64,000 bases of DNA, taken from assembly GCA_964016885.1 (NCBI GenBank), contig OZ024741.1, positions 112,902,001-112,966,000 of the forward strand. Direction: 5' to 3'. Source of the DNA: Eledone cirrhosa. Its lineage: Eukaryota. Numbering within the stretch: the stretch's first letter is position 1; each line of letters begins with the position of its first letter. Position numbers and translations under genes: made by a program. The notes beneath the pieces are model-generated. The model did no database searches, was not told the DNA's origin, and was given only the letters and a program-made list of their open reading frames with translations. This document shows, in pieces, positions 39,171-53,290 of this stretch.

Positions 39171-41151
39171 CTTCTACATTCTTTTAGTTGTTGTTAGAGC
39201 TCAGCCCTGCATAAGATTAGCCACCCTCCTATGAGTTCACATCTCTTAGCATCTCTTATTAAAAGTGTTTATACCCTTAGGCTATCCAAGCTGCCGCTCA
39301 TCAAAGTACTGACCAGGAAGAGCATTTTTCTGTAAAATATTACCTTAGAAAGGACCACAAGATGAATATTAAGACTGTGATAGATCCCAAAAGTCTAACA
39401 GCTGCTTTAAATATATCTTTTGATTTAACCCTATCGTTACCATAATTCTAATGAAAGACACTGCTTATGATTTCCAAATAATCAAGAATGTGTAAGGATT
39501 TATAATATTTAAGCTGATATTTGAAACTTAAAAAAGAATTTTTACCGCTATATGGAAAAGTTTAACCCTTTTGACATCAAACTGCCTGAAACTTATTTCT
39601 ATGATACTAAGCTGTTTAACATGTTTATAGTTATCTAAAATCCTATCATAATTTTACATTCCAATCTTAGTTAATCTATGTTCCAAACACCAGCTTAATA
39701 ATTTGAAAATTAGTTCTTGATTATTTTCAAAAGGATTTAAAATTTAGAGGCAGTATCATTTATTAGAAAACGATGCGTAACTCTATCTTGCTAGTTCAGT
39801 GTTCCATCCTGCCATGCACTTTTATTTTCATAGAGGCTGAATCACATATTCTATCTAATGTTTGGATATTTCTAGAGATGCTGTAGTAGACTGAACTGAC
39901 TGTGTTGTTATCATTATTTACATCATTAATGTATAAGCTAGAATAAGATATTCCATTATTTATTGATACTGTATCTGTTTTCAATTATTTGAGATAAGTT
40001 CCTTAAACACTGATAATTAATGGCAGTAATATATTTGGCAGACAACTTCAGTTAAAATTCGTTTATTCACACATACATGAAAATATATGCACAGACATTT
40101 TTTAGCGCAAAATGTCATATATAAAACTACATATCCTTCATCTCACACTATATCTTTTTATTGTTGTATATTTCAAACGGTGTCTGTTTATCTTTAATTC
40201 CCTTCGTTTTTCTCTCCTTCCATCCCTCTACTCTCTCTCTCCGTTCTTCTATATGTCTATCTAAATCAATGATTCTTTTCCAATCTTTTTCCACTATTTA
40301 TATCAACATCTCAATTTCTTTCTTTCCTTACCCCCATTTATTTCATTTATTCAGACAATCAGTCTGTAGGATTGCTTAGTTAACTATCCAACCATGAGAT
40401 TGTTTATCTGTTTGATTGCCTGAATATGTGGTTTCCTGGCTATCTGGGTATAATGTCTATTTATTCAGCCATTTGATAGTGTGACTGACTAATTATGTGG
40501 CTATCTGATTGTGTGGTAATCTGGTTATATTTATGGTAATATGATTGTGTGGCTATCTGGTTATCTGTTTGCCTAACTATCTAACTACCTGTCTATCTGG
40601 TTTTTTGGCTATCTGTTAGACTAGCTATCTGATTGTCTGCCTAGCTGACTATCAGTTAGCCTAGCCATATCATTATCTGGCTAACAGTCTATTTGTCTTC
40701 TGTTCTTCTCTATCATACTTCACAAATGTGATTCAGAGTAATTATCCAAATTATCCATTTGTTTTCTGCCTGAGCAGAATTATTCCTATTACAGACACTA
40801 GCAGGAGTAAAAATAGGAAGTTTAGGAATTTTGGTGCCTTTTATTTAAACTAAAGATGTTAGAAAATTAACTAAGATCTGTGCATTACAAAATACACTGA
40901 GAAAAATATTCTTTCTCAAAAGAAGATTATTGAGCCTTATCTTAATCATTTTTTTTCTTTTCGAAATTCTCTTATTTTTATAATCTTTTCTCTAAAGATA
41001 AATATCTGATTTTGAGTGATTTCATATTTATCTTCTGATTGTATGGTTTTCTTTCAGCTACTCGTTTTGTGTGTGTATGCATGTGTGTGGAGTGGGGGGG
41101 GGGTATGCTTCACACACACATGCACACACACACACACACATATATATAAAA

Positions 41152-41186
<35 letters not shown>

Positions 41187-42285
41187 TATATAGAGAGAGA
41201 TAGAGAGAGGGAGGAGATAGATAGAGGGGGAGGGAGGGAGAGAGATGGAGAGAGCTATATCATCTCAAAAGCAGTGTGGAGTTGCTTTGGTGTATAGCTT
41301 AAGCTTGTGGATAACTAACTTGAAAACTTGGGTTTTGATTCCCAGTTGAGTTCAGTTTCTTTCACCTTACTTACGTACTTACTTATCTGACTCCCTTGTG
41401 AAAAGTAGAATATTAACACTTAATCGTTTTTCCAAAGCACACATGGGACTTTTTTCTTTATCTATCATGAAATAATTATTTGTGACCCTATAAATGAAAA
41501 ATACTAAGTTGTAGTTAAAAGAAAGAATAAAAGACAAAGAAGAATTCAATGAATTCAAATACTTACAACTCAGTTTCATTCCTATGCTGGGATCACCTCA
41601 TTAGTATTGTTGGAAAGAGAAAGGATCTGATTACCAAATTAAAACAAGGAAAATCTTTCCATTGTTGATACTCCTGTATGGTAGAAGTGTCAGCACTTTC
41701 CTGGTGACAAGGTGCAGAATTTGAACTTAGAATACACAGAGTTGTAACATATAATGTGAAGCATCTTATCCAACTCCTTAACTCTTCCTCCAATATCCAC
41801 TGCCCTGGACCAGTATATTAATTATGAACCCCAAAGGATGAAAGACAAAATTGACCTCAATGAGCTTTGAACTCAGAACTGTAATAGATAACTCAAAACA
41901 TCTCATTTGACACTTTAACAGCTCTGCCAATATCAATGAACCCTGGGCTGGTCCTTTATTTATCTACCCCAAAAGGATGAAAGATAAAGTTGACCGCATT
42001 GATATTGGAACTCATGATGTATTGAATCAGAACAAATAACAAGGAATTCAATTCAATGCTCTAAAGACTTTGTCAATTTGCCATCTATAATATGTGTAAA
42101 TAACATTAGCATTTCTCATGTCAATGCTAAAAATTTGTTCTCAGTTAAATAAACAAACTTCCTCTGTGTATTTACACAGATTCTCTGTACTAATTAAGAT
42201 GGAAACCATTAGATGCTTGTCACTCCATAGCATATTTATTCTCTAACTCAGTTTCAAATTACCTGGTATAAAACTTCATTATTAA

Positions 42286-42717
42286 CCCTTTCATTGTCTT
42301 CTTATGAAAAACACAACCGATGGTTTTCACATCATTAAAAAAAAGTAATCGAGAATTTTGTGAGGAGACTTAGCAATATAACTTTCTCATTATTAAATTC
42401 ATGTGAGGACTGTGGCTTGGCAAAGCTGTAAGAGTGACAAACAAAATGGCTTGTAGCATTTAGTTATAGTTCTTGTTGATAAAATGAAGTACCAATAAAG
42501 TACTGTGGTTGATATGATTGACTTTCCCCATCCTCCCAAATTGCTGGCCATGTGCCTATGCTAGAAACAATTATTTAGTTGGTCTTTGGAACACAACATA
42601 AAAAGTTCTTAGATAAAGTTGTGATGGAAGGATTTCCCATAAATATAGACAATCTAAAATAAACAGTTTTTTTATTGTATGATCACAATGGTTTCAGGTG
42701 GTTTAGTAACAAAAGGG
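42286..42717. mobile_element. TTAA MITE containing a SINE at ~42405-42570
   Basis: TTAA-cccttt...aaaaggg-TTAA; SINE inserted after the tcattattaa motif. Confidence 0.75.
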
Positions 42718-44399
42718 TTAAAATATTGCTCAGTAACAATTAATGTTAACACTATGTTAATATGTCTGAATGGACAAATCGGCAGATGCATTAGAATACC
42801 AGAAAAAATGCTTTGCCATATTCATTTCAGCTCTGTGCTCTGAGGTCAATTTTGCCTTTCATCCTTTTGAGGTCGATAAATAGATAACTAGTCGAGTATC
42901 ACTACTTAGCAAATATATTTTGTAATACAGTTTGAACTCAGAGTACAAATAGCTGGAACAAATACTCAGTTATCTATTCCAATACTCTAACAACTCTGCC
43001 AATTAGCAGACAGTTTGAAGAAGCATGAACTTCTCACCTTCACTAGCAATATAGTGATCTTGAGATACTAAAAATTGTTTAGTTTTGTTTCTGCTTTTTA
43101 TTAATTTATTTATTTTTATTTTCATAGACAAGGATTAGTAAGAATGTAATAGTTTTTATTTTTATTTTATATCTCTAGGGTAAATCTTTGCAATGCTTGA
43201 TCAATTTTTTGTAAAAAAATAAAATTGCAGAAGAAATATTCTTCACTGGTTCGGTTAAATAGGTGACATAATAAATGCTTGGAGAAGATTAATACATTGG
43301 TTAGGCTTTGAGGGCATGAACCAAAACGTTTATAGAAATGCTATTGTTGTTGAAAATGTATATGAGATGTATGTAAGAAGTCTGACACTGTATGATAGGA
43401 AAATGAGGATGAATGAAGGTTGAATATAGTACACTGAATATGCTGGCTTAACAAGGATTTTTTTTTAGTAGGGTGGGAGTGAGTGCTAGAAAGTCAGGAA
43501 AGAAAATTACATATCAAAAGTATTTGTTCTATGGTGAAAGTGCATAACTTAATGAGTAGGACGCTAGGTTCATGATTGTAAGATCATGTGGTGTATTGTG
43601 TCTTTGAGCTATTTCTTCTTGTTCCAGTCCACTCAGCTGGAAAGCGACACTGGTGCCAAGCTGTTTGGCCATTGCCTATCCTTTCAACATCAATGGAATG
43701 AAGAGTGGAGACTGGCATTCACAGATTAAGTGCTAGCCTTCCAAAAAAACACCTTGCATGAACTTATGCCTTGGAGAGTAATTTCCAGGTGTAAAACCTA
43801 TGGTCAGTTATGACTAACAGGGTGGGGGAGCTATATGTACGATGATGGATTGCCTATTGGTTTTGATAATGAGCAATCAGTTGTTTGATCAACTGAATAT
43901 TCAACTTGTGAATTAATATGAAAGCAGTTAAGTAATCCATGAACATGTGTCCACGTAACATGCAATAGAAGGATATTAAGAAATAGAGAGAAAATAGTTG
44001 TTAGATATGAGAATGGTAAACATTACATATAACACTAAATAAAAGAGAAACATAGATCCATGTTTAACCCATGTTAGTATGGAAAAGGGGATGTTAATCT
44101 AATGATGAAGATAATAGTGACAATTGTGCCTCCTCCTCTTATTCCTTTTCTATTTTTTAATCTCTTCTGGCTTGGGTTTCTTATCTTTAAGAAATAGATG
44201 ATAGAAGCACTCTGATCTAGAAGATATGGTCAACAGTGCTTCATTCATTGTCATCCCTTCTTCTATTACAGAGATAGGATACCTAGAACTGAACAATCAT
44301 ATATGTATATGTGTGTATATATATATCTATATATATATATATATTATATATATATGTGTGTGTATATGTATATATGTATGTATATGTGTGTGTATATAT

Positions 44400-45146
44400 C
44401 ATCATCATCATCACCATCGTTTAACGTCCATCTTCCATGCTAGCATGGGTTTGGACAGGAATTTTCCAACTTGAGGCAAGATTGGTTGTCTTGCTCGTAT
44501 AGGACTGTCTTGCGAGTTTTCTACGGCTGGATGCCCTTCCTAACACCAACCAAGTTTACAGTGTAGACTGGAAGGTTTTTACCATGTTACCTACACGGCC
44601 ACATTACAGCATGGACTGTGTGTTTTTTTGTCGTGACACCTACACGATCTCATTTGTTTAGGAGTGAATGTTGTGGTACCAACATAACTTTACATTGAAA
44701 GGGGTGGTGTGGATGTAGTGGGGGTAGAGGGACAGGGGTGTATTTTGGTAAGAGGTGCCTACTGACTGTAGGTTTCGCTTTGCACTTAGGCAAGGCGGGT
44801 CTTCTGTATTACTGCGTAGCGCCAAAGATCTCGGTCCAGTGACATTGTCTTGGAGAGGTGTAAGTGTGTGAGGTCGGAATTTATCAAGTCGTCCCAGGTT
44901 TTTCTGGGTCTGCCTACTCCGTGGCTACCGTCTATTTTGATCACCCTGCACTTTTTTATACAGCTGTTGTCTTTCATGCGCATCACGTGACCATACCAAC
45001 GTAGTCTTCTCTCGAGTAAACAGCATATGATCCCTCTTATTCCTAATTTCTCACTTAGTTCATTTTATGCTTTGCTGTTCACGTATATTACTATTACACA
45101 TCCAACGGACCATGCAAGCTTCATTCCTCTCCAGTCTGCGTAGATC

Positions 45147-45148
<2 letters not shown>
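44400..45148 (-). mobile_element. 5'-truncated RTE LINE between TA-rich microsatellites
   Basis: ERRLRWYGHVMRM...GVGRPRKTW; 3'UTR and (GAT)n tail. Confidence 0.92.
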
Positions 45149-45187
<39 letters not shown>

Positions 45188-45344
45188 AATAATAATAAAT
45201 TTGAAGACTAAAATCCAAAGAGGGCTCGATAAGGATAAATATATATCAAATATATATCAAATATATAAGAACCGTAGAGCAAAGATCCCGTTAAGGGTGA
45301 AAGCAGCGATTCTTTGCTTAAACTTTAATCTGTTATTTTAATAA

Positions 45345-45755
45345 ATATATATATATATATATAATATATATATGTGTGTGTGTATATGTATATATGTATA
45401 TGTATGTATATGTGTGTGTGTATATATATATATATGTATATGCATGCATATATATATATATGTATGTATATGTGTGTGTGTATATATATATGTATATGCA
45501 TGTGTATATATATATGTATGTATATGTGTGTGTGTGCATATATATATGTATATGTATGTATATGTGTGTATGTGTGTTTATATATATATATGTATATGTA
45601 ATGTGTGTGTATATGTATATGCATGTGTGTGTATATATATATATATGTATATGTATGTATATGTGTATATATATGTATATGTATGTATATGTGTGTGTGT
45701 ATATATATATATATGTATATGTATGTACATGTGTGTATATACATGTGTATATGTA

Positions 45756-45802
<47 letters not shown>

Positions 45803-45907
45803 ATATGTATGTATATATATATGTATGTACAAGAATATATGTATGTATATGTATATTTATATGTATATATATATATATGTATATTATGTATATATATATA
45901 TATATAT
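45345..45907. repeat. Compound (TA)n/(TG)n microsatellite
   Basis: Directly visible. Confidence 0.97.
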
Positions 45908-46385
45908 CATCATCATCATCATTTTATGTCCGCTTTTCCCTGTTTGCAAAGGTGGGACGGATCCTATTCAGCACAGCATCTCTCCATTAGTCACAGTCCT
46001 TTGTCATCTTCTCCGTGATCTTCAGCGATCTGAGATCAGCTCCAAACACCTCCGTCCATGTTTTGCGTTATCTACATCTACTGCATCTTCCTTCTACTAG
46101 GATTTCTTGGCACTTCTTTACTCACCGGTCAACCTCCATGCACATCACATGTCCATACCGACGCTGTCTTCTCTCCCGTACACTACAGCCTATCCTTCTT
46201 ATACACAGTTTCTCCCTCAACTCGTCTATTCTTGGTCGTTCACGCACATTAACATTGTACATCCAACGGCGTATGCTTGCTTCATTTCTCTCCAGCCGTC
46301 GCATATCCTCCAGGGTTGCTGCCCAAGTCTCACTACCATGCAGCATCGCGCATCTCACACAGGCATTCTGCATTGTGTACATTTT
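45908..46385 (-). mobile_element. RTE 3' fragment
   Basis: CVRCAMLHGSETWA...ERRQRRYGHV; (GAT)n tail. Confidence 0.88.
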
Positions 46386-46959
46386 ATAGAATTGATGCCA
46401 ACTCCTTTCCTACATACTGAGCATGGCCATTTCCCTGATGGAATCAGAGTTTTGTCCTCTTTTCTACTTATCAACACATAAGGTTAGTAGGAATGACCTA
46501 CACAATACTTGCTAGCAGAGAGTACAGATGTTAACTGATGATGTGAGTATGTGTATCTTTTTGTCTTTAAAGAATACACTGTATAGATGCAGAGAGAGGA
46601 ATAAAGATTAAAATGAAGCTCGAAACATTGAGAAAGAAAAACAAAAATGTTCTGGGTACAAGCCTGAGAAATAGATAGACAGATGATCATAGAAAATAGT
46701 GGTGGTGGAGAAATGAGAGAAAGACAGACATACAGGTAAACGCATAATTATAGAACTTAGTATGAATAAGCCAAATCACACCTTAACATCTGCAAAAGTT
46801 AAAAACATATCATGTATGTGAGTATATATATATATATAAATATCATCATCATCGTTTAACGTCCATATTCCACGCTTGCATGGGTTTGGATAAATATATA
46901 TATGTATATAAGTATATATATATATATGTATATAAATATATATATATATACATATATAT

Positions 46960-47381
46960 CTCTAAGGCGGGTAAAATTCCCGAGATCCATGGACGAGTTC
47001 TCTCCAGCGGTCTCTGTCCCTCATTATCGCTGCCATGTCCTGCGTCTCCAACAGACCAGTGTCCGTCCTTAGGGCATCAACATACGTTAACCTTGGTCTT
47101 CCTCTTCCAGTGTGTCCATGTAGGGGCTCCCAAAGGAGCACTGAGTGCAATGTCAACTCTGGATGTCGGTGAGCATGTCCAGCTAACCTCAGTCTCCTCT
47201 GTGTCACTTTTGAGCTGACTTTTGGGATGCTCCCATACAGCTCTGAGATTTTCATCCTCAGTGTATACTGATTAATGTTCAGAGCCGTCCTCAGCATTCT
47301 CGTGTAGCACCCATCCACCATCTGAGTGAGTTTCTTGGTCAGTGTCCAAGTCTCAGACCCATACAGCAGCACAGACTCCAC
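46960..47381 (-). mobile_element. RTE-like 3' fragment of a different family, reading frame intact
   Basis: VESVLLYGSETWTLT...RRLRLAGH...GRGRPRLTY...DRDRWR, 139 aa open. Confidence 0.88.
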
Positions 47382-48065
47382 TACATTCTAGCGTGGAAAA
47401 TGGACGTTAAACGAAGATGATGATGATCATGATATATGGAGAGGTAGAGAGATTGAGAGAGAGAGAGAGAGAAATAAAGTGATAGGTGAAAAGTCAAACA
47501 TCCTTTCTAACTCTCTGTCCGCACCAACTTTCAGTCTTTTTTCCTATCAATTTAATAATTATCTCCTTCACTCTCCAATGATTGTTTTACAGATAAAAAT
47601 GATGTGAATTATTAATGAGGCTTTAGCCTTCATATTTTCCCAGCTTTCTACCTACCTCAGGGGATACTTTCTCTCAATTGGTATGAAACTGAAAGTGTAA
47701 ACGCGACCACCACCACCACCACCCATACCATGATGTTGCACTCTGCAACCTTTTTACTTTATGATAGGCTTCAATGGCACTGATAATATTACATTAATTC
47801 ATGGTTCTATTTTCACTCTTTGATCTTTCTTTTTTTTCATGGAGCATTCTTTGGAGCACACAGATACACACATTTACATGCACACACCTAAACATATACA
47901 TTTGTACACACAAACACATACACACCCACATATATCTACATGAAATTATAAGTCAGAACAAAAAAAATGTTTCTGTATCCATATATATATATATACACAC
48001 ACACACATATATATATATAATATATACATCGTCTAACCCATGCTAGCGTGGAAGATGGACGATAC

Positions 48066-48141
<76 letters not shown>

Positions 48142-49689
48142 TTTAAATCATACAATAACAGTAGTATGATTGAGAGAGCAATTAAGGATACGAAGACAGG
48201 GAAGGCAGCAGGAAAATTATGCTGAAAATGTCTGGTGAGTTAGATTGCGTGTTAGTCATTCACATGAGGTAGTAGAGGAAAGTGTCATACACAATTAGTA
48301 ACTCTTTCCTTATCAACTCCATCATCATTTGACATCTGTTTATTTGTTCATGCTAACATGAGCTGGGTAAGTAATCTCATGATCTGAGTCTAGATGTGTC
48401 CAAAGGACATGTCATGCTCTAACATTCTGTTTTTAGCATAGTTTTTATAGCCAGGTGCTTTTCCTAATGCTTTATACTAAAATAAATTAATATCACAACT
48501 AAATATCATTTGGCTTGCTATTTACTCTCTATATAAACACCTTTTTTCCCATTTGTCAGCATTCTTCATGGATCTTTTATCATTGTGAAAGAACTGTTTT
48601 GAAATTATAATAACTAGCAGTAGCTACTTGTAGAAAAACCGCAGTTGTTTTGAAAACTAAAGGATTGTTAGAAGTTTATGGAGAATCTTGAAATACAAAG
48701 TTTCTTTTGAAATTGTATTTTCTCGGAAGCATTTGATTTTAGAGATGGTGTAAATTTCACATAAACTGTACTGAAGTTGCTGTTGCTATCTAAAGAGGAG
48801 AACATATTTGAAAACTCTGTTCTTTATTAAACACTTATCACCCCTTTTACCTTGAATGTTGTTATGTTATTTTTATCTTTATGTCAAGATGTTGATCTAC
48901 TCTTGAAAGCGTTAAACATAATTAATTGTCCATGAGGAAAATATTGGTTAACTTCTCTTCCCTTTTCCATTGTGGCTATGTTACTAAAATTATGGAAAAC
49001 TCATAGAAAGATTGGTATATATAGCAAAAGTTAAACTATCTTAAATATGAAAAGAAATTGAAGACATAATCTATATATGATATTATTTTGATATGGCATT
49101 TGTAGTACTTTAAAACTTAATACATTGAACTTTATCCTTGTTTTTCTATCAGAGTAGGGTGTATATGACTGCCCCACAGAGTTGTAAATAATATATATAT
49201 ATGTATATATAATCATCATCATCGAAATTTAACGTTTGTCTTCCCTGCCAAATTAAGGGTGATGTGTGTAAAGTGTTCATGCTCATAACACAACATAAAG
49301 CTCAACTTGTAAGATGATCGTATTGGTGACACAACAAAACACACCTGAGCCACCCTGTAAGGTGGTCATGCTGGTGACATGATGAAAAAGTATCCAGTCC
49401 AACCTGTGAGTTCGTCATTTTGGTGCCACGATAAAAACACTTAGTTCGTGCTTTAAATGAGGTTTGCATTAGGAAGGGCATCTAGTCATAGAAACCAAGC
49501 TAGAAACAGTTCTGCATGAGTAAACTTGCACTGACATGTCTCAAAATAGGACAACTTGACTAACACATGCTAGCAAGGAAAATGAACATAAAACGATATA
49601 TATATATATAGATATATATATAGATATATAACGATATATATATATAAACGATATATATATAGACATATATATAGATATATAAATATATC

Positions 49690-52445
49690 TCATCATCCTT
49701 TTTTTTATGTCCATGTTTCCATGCCTAGCATGGTATCAGTCCACATATTACATTCCTTTGTCATCTCCCTGTGAGTCTCAGTGATTTGAGTTCAAGTCTC
49801 AATCTAATCCAGGTCATTCTTGGTTTTAGCTTTACTGCAGCTTCCTTCCATTGGAATTTCCTAGCACTTCTTCACCCAACAATCATTGCCCGTGTGCATC
49901 ATGTGCCCATACCAATGCAGTCTTCTCTCCTGCACACCACCTAAGATTCCTCTTAAACCCAGCTCTGCCTTTCTCTCACATTAATATAGCACATCTAAAG
50001 GAACATGGTTGCTTCATTTCTCTCCAGACTACACATGTCCTCTGCAGTCACAGGCCATGATTCCCTAATATGTAGAATTACACTTCACACATGGGCATAA
50101 TACAGACATCATTTTGTATGCAGGGAGAAAGCTTTTGTGGTCAACAGTAGGAGTAGCTCTCAAAACATCTTTAAGTTATCAACTATTTTTATGGGTCCAT
50201 ACTGAGACTTGAATAGGTTTACATCACTGGCTCTCTTCACTTTGGTTACCTCTGTGCATCTTCTACATACAACGTTTCCCCTCCTGTTAGTCTACCCATT
50301 ATCCCACTACATCTTTTGTGTACCCAAGATTTACATTGTATACATCGTATGTAGTTTATGCGTACTCCCTTTCTACATATTGAGCAGAGCCACTTCCCTG
50401 AAGGAATCTCCTACCCACTACCACTTTACTTTTTGACTAAGTTTATTCTCAGACCTTTTAATTCCAAATTATTTTCTAGATCTTTAAAGGATTTAGCTCT
50501 AAGGACCAGATCATCTGCATAGAGAAGTTCCCATGGATAGCCAATCTGAAATTGCTTTCTGGAGAAATATAATGAATAAATGTGGGTTAAAAACCAAACC
50601 CTGATGACCGCCTACTTGTACCTTGAATTCCTCACTAAACTCACTTCCTACTCTCAGATTGCTAACAGCTCCTCTGTACATGGCTTGCACTGCTCTCACC
50701 AATCCTTTTTCTACACCTAATTTCGTTAAGGACCACCAGCTAATAGATCAAGGTACTCTGTCAAATGCCTTTTCTTGATCAATGAAAGCTAGGTATAGTG
50801 GGTTGTTTTTGGCTAGGAACTTCTCTTGTAGTTGTCTTACTACAAAGAGAGCATCTAGGCATGAAAGCAAACCATATCTTATCTAATTTGATTCTTTCTC
50901 TAATTAGTTACACTATATCTATTTCCATCACTTTCATAACTTGGTCCATTAGTTTTATTCCTCTATATTTGCTTCTTTCTAAGTCATGACCTTTGCCCTT
51001 GTAGCAATTTACAATTGTACTGCGACACCAGTCATTGGGTATGGCACCATCATGTATTACCTGATTGACAATGTGGGTTACTAGTTTGACTCCTACTTCT
51101 CCCGATGCTTTTAGTGTCTCATCAGCTATCTCTGATGGTCCTGTAGCTTTACCATTTTTCATTTCTTTGATTGCTACTTTAACCCTATAACTGTCAACTT
51201 CAATGGCTTGTCCTTCTGTAGGGTAGGTTGGAGGTAGTTTCCCTTCCTCCCATTTATTCTCTATATTCATCAGTCTCTCATAGTAACATTTCCAGGCCAC
51301 TTTCTCTTGAGCATTAGTGCTAAATGCACTGGTGTCATTTTTAACACTTTTCCCCAACAACATCACGATTCACACTGACACTCTGCCTTGCAATGCAGAA
51401 CACTTTGCATCGCTGATCCTCATGTCTCAGGATGTTGACAAACTTTCTTTCTTCAGTCTCTCTCCAGGCTGTGAATACTTATTGTCTAGCTTCTCTCTTA
51501 GCCAACTGGTACTGGTCTCTACTACCCCCATTTTTCCAGTCTTTCCAAGCCTGTTTCTTGGCTTTAATGACTCTATCCACAGAGCTGTTCCACCACCAGG
51601 TTATCCTTTGACTGGCTGATGCTCTACTCCAGCCACAAGTCTCATCAGTAGTTTGCAAAGGGTTTTCACACAAGAATTTCCAGTTGTCCTCTACATCATA
51701 GGTATCTAACTCATTACTTCTCACATCAAATGCAACCCTCCACCTGTGTATCTTGTTCTGTCTTGTGTTTATTTTGATGTCACTAATAACTAACTTATGT
51801 TGGGTCATGCATTCTTCCCCAGAGAAGTATTTACTATTTATTACAGTCGGTTTGTCTTGTTCTCTTACAGATAAATAATCAATTTGGCTTTTGTTTTTAC
51901 CTGATTGATATGAGATAAGGTATCTGGTTGGTTTCCTGAAATTTGTGTTGCAAATTGTTAGTTCATTTGCATCACAGAATTCCAGGAGCCTCAATCCCTC
52001 TTCATTTTTTGAGCCATAACCACAGCCACTGTGAGCTCCACTGAATCTGTTCTGATATTGCCTCACATGTCCACTGAAGTCACCTGCCAGGATGATGAGG
52101 TCACCTTCATCGGTAACTGAAGTTATCTGTAAAGGTTCCTCATCGAATTGTTTTTGTTTTTTTTGTTCTTTATTCAGTCCTGCTTGTAGGACATAGGTAG
52201 ATGTAATTGCCACCATACTAATTACTCCAATCACTTTATTCATCCATTTCTCAGCTAGTTAGATGCCTACACCTCTTAACCATCATCATATCCTATCTAA
52301 TAACGCTTGTATCTATAGTGTTTGCTTGTCAGTAGTCATGCTGAGGCACCTCTCCATTTCATATCCTGTACATAGCATATATCCACTTTTATCCTCTCTA
52401 ACTGCTCTACCATTTCACCCAATTTACCTTTTAGGGTGCCAGCAT
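49690..52445 (-). mobile_element. Near full-length decayed RTE LINE (APE endonuclease and RT)
   Basis: APE motifs LAGDFSGH, NTNFRK, SQIDY, QHKLV; RT motifs KATGPSEI, NCYKGKG, KAFD, HQGLVFNP, LYADD. Confidence 0.92.
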
Positions 52446-52530
52446 TGTGGATGGTAGTCCTATATTTTGTACCTTACCAGTTATTATATCCTTGGGTAGA
52501 AGATCTATGTATATTTATGTATAGGAAAGG

Positions 52531-52562
<32 letters not shown>

Positions 52563-52756
52563 AGTATGTATACGTACATACACATATGTATACAGACGTA
52601 CAGTAGTATGTATATATATACATACATGCACACATATATATATGTACGTATGGATTTACCGAACATTTATTATAATGCTCGGTTTGTTTGTAAACAAACA
52701 TCCCGAATTAAGCCGTACAGTGTTTAGCAACCATCGTTGCCCTTCAACACTGACAA

Positions 52757-52808
52757 AGGAACGATGTACTAGTTTCAAGCTTATTAGCTATTGTCAGTAT
52801 ACCTTCCT
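52757..52808 (-). ncRNA. Decayed minimal hammerhead motif, probably within a Penelope-type terminal repeat
   Basis: aggaaggtata-CTGACAA-tagctaataagctt-GAAA-ctag-TA-catcgttcct. CTGACAA fits CpG decay of CTGACGA; stem III is palindromic. Confidence 0.5.
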
Positions 52809-53029
52809 GCCAGATGATTGAACATCTGAAAGTATATACTTTCCTTATGCATATTAATGGCTGAGCAACCTAATTTGCATATCGAGTGAGTTAATCGGCT
52901 GGGCGCACCGAAAACAATAAATTGAAAAGATGAAACAAAATTTCATTTCTCACTCTTAGTACGGCTGTTACTTAAATATAAGTATGTATACGTACATACA
53001 CACACATATAAACATACACATATAAAGCC

Positions 53030-53290
53030 TGGCCATGTGTTTGTATCAAAGACCAGCAGGCACCCATGCATACCAACCTCCCCTCTCTATGCCACTGATA
53101 TTGTCCAAGGGAAAGGTAAATGCTGATACAGCTTGGCACCAGTCATGTCACAAATAATTTCTAGAGCTGAATATACTAGAGTAAAGTGAAATAATGTGTC
53201 TTACTGAAGGAAACAACCCACCACCTGGTCTGGAAATTGAACTCACAACCTCTCGATTGTAAGCCCAACACTCTAACCACTAAGCCATGC
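53030..53290 (-). mobile_element. tRNA-derived SINE
   Basis: Minus-strand head gcatggcttagtggttagagtg...gagttcaatttcc (A and B boxes) followed by a non-tRNA body. Confidence 0.75.

Noticed and set aside
45270-45325. Hammerhead-like stems (gcaaaga/tctttgc, ccc/ggg, GAAA)
   Set aside because: The CUGANGA box is absent.
45325-46100. Long ORFs (up to 242 aa) of Y/I/C/V/M/H/T
   Set aside because: Stop-free (TA)/(TG) microsatellite artefacts; the same applies to ORFs at 35.4-35.8 kb and 53.8-56.1 kb.
53215-53290. tRNA gene
   Set aside because: Has A and B boxes but no proper acceptor stem and continues into a SINE body.
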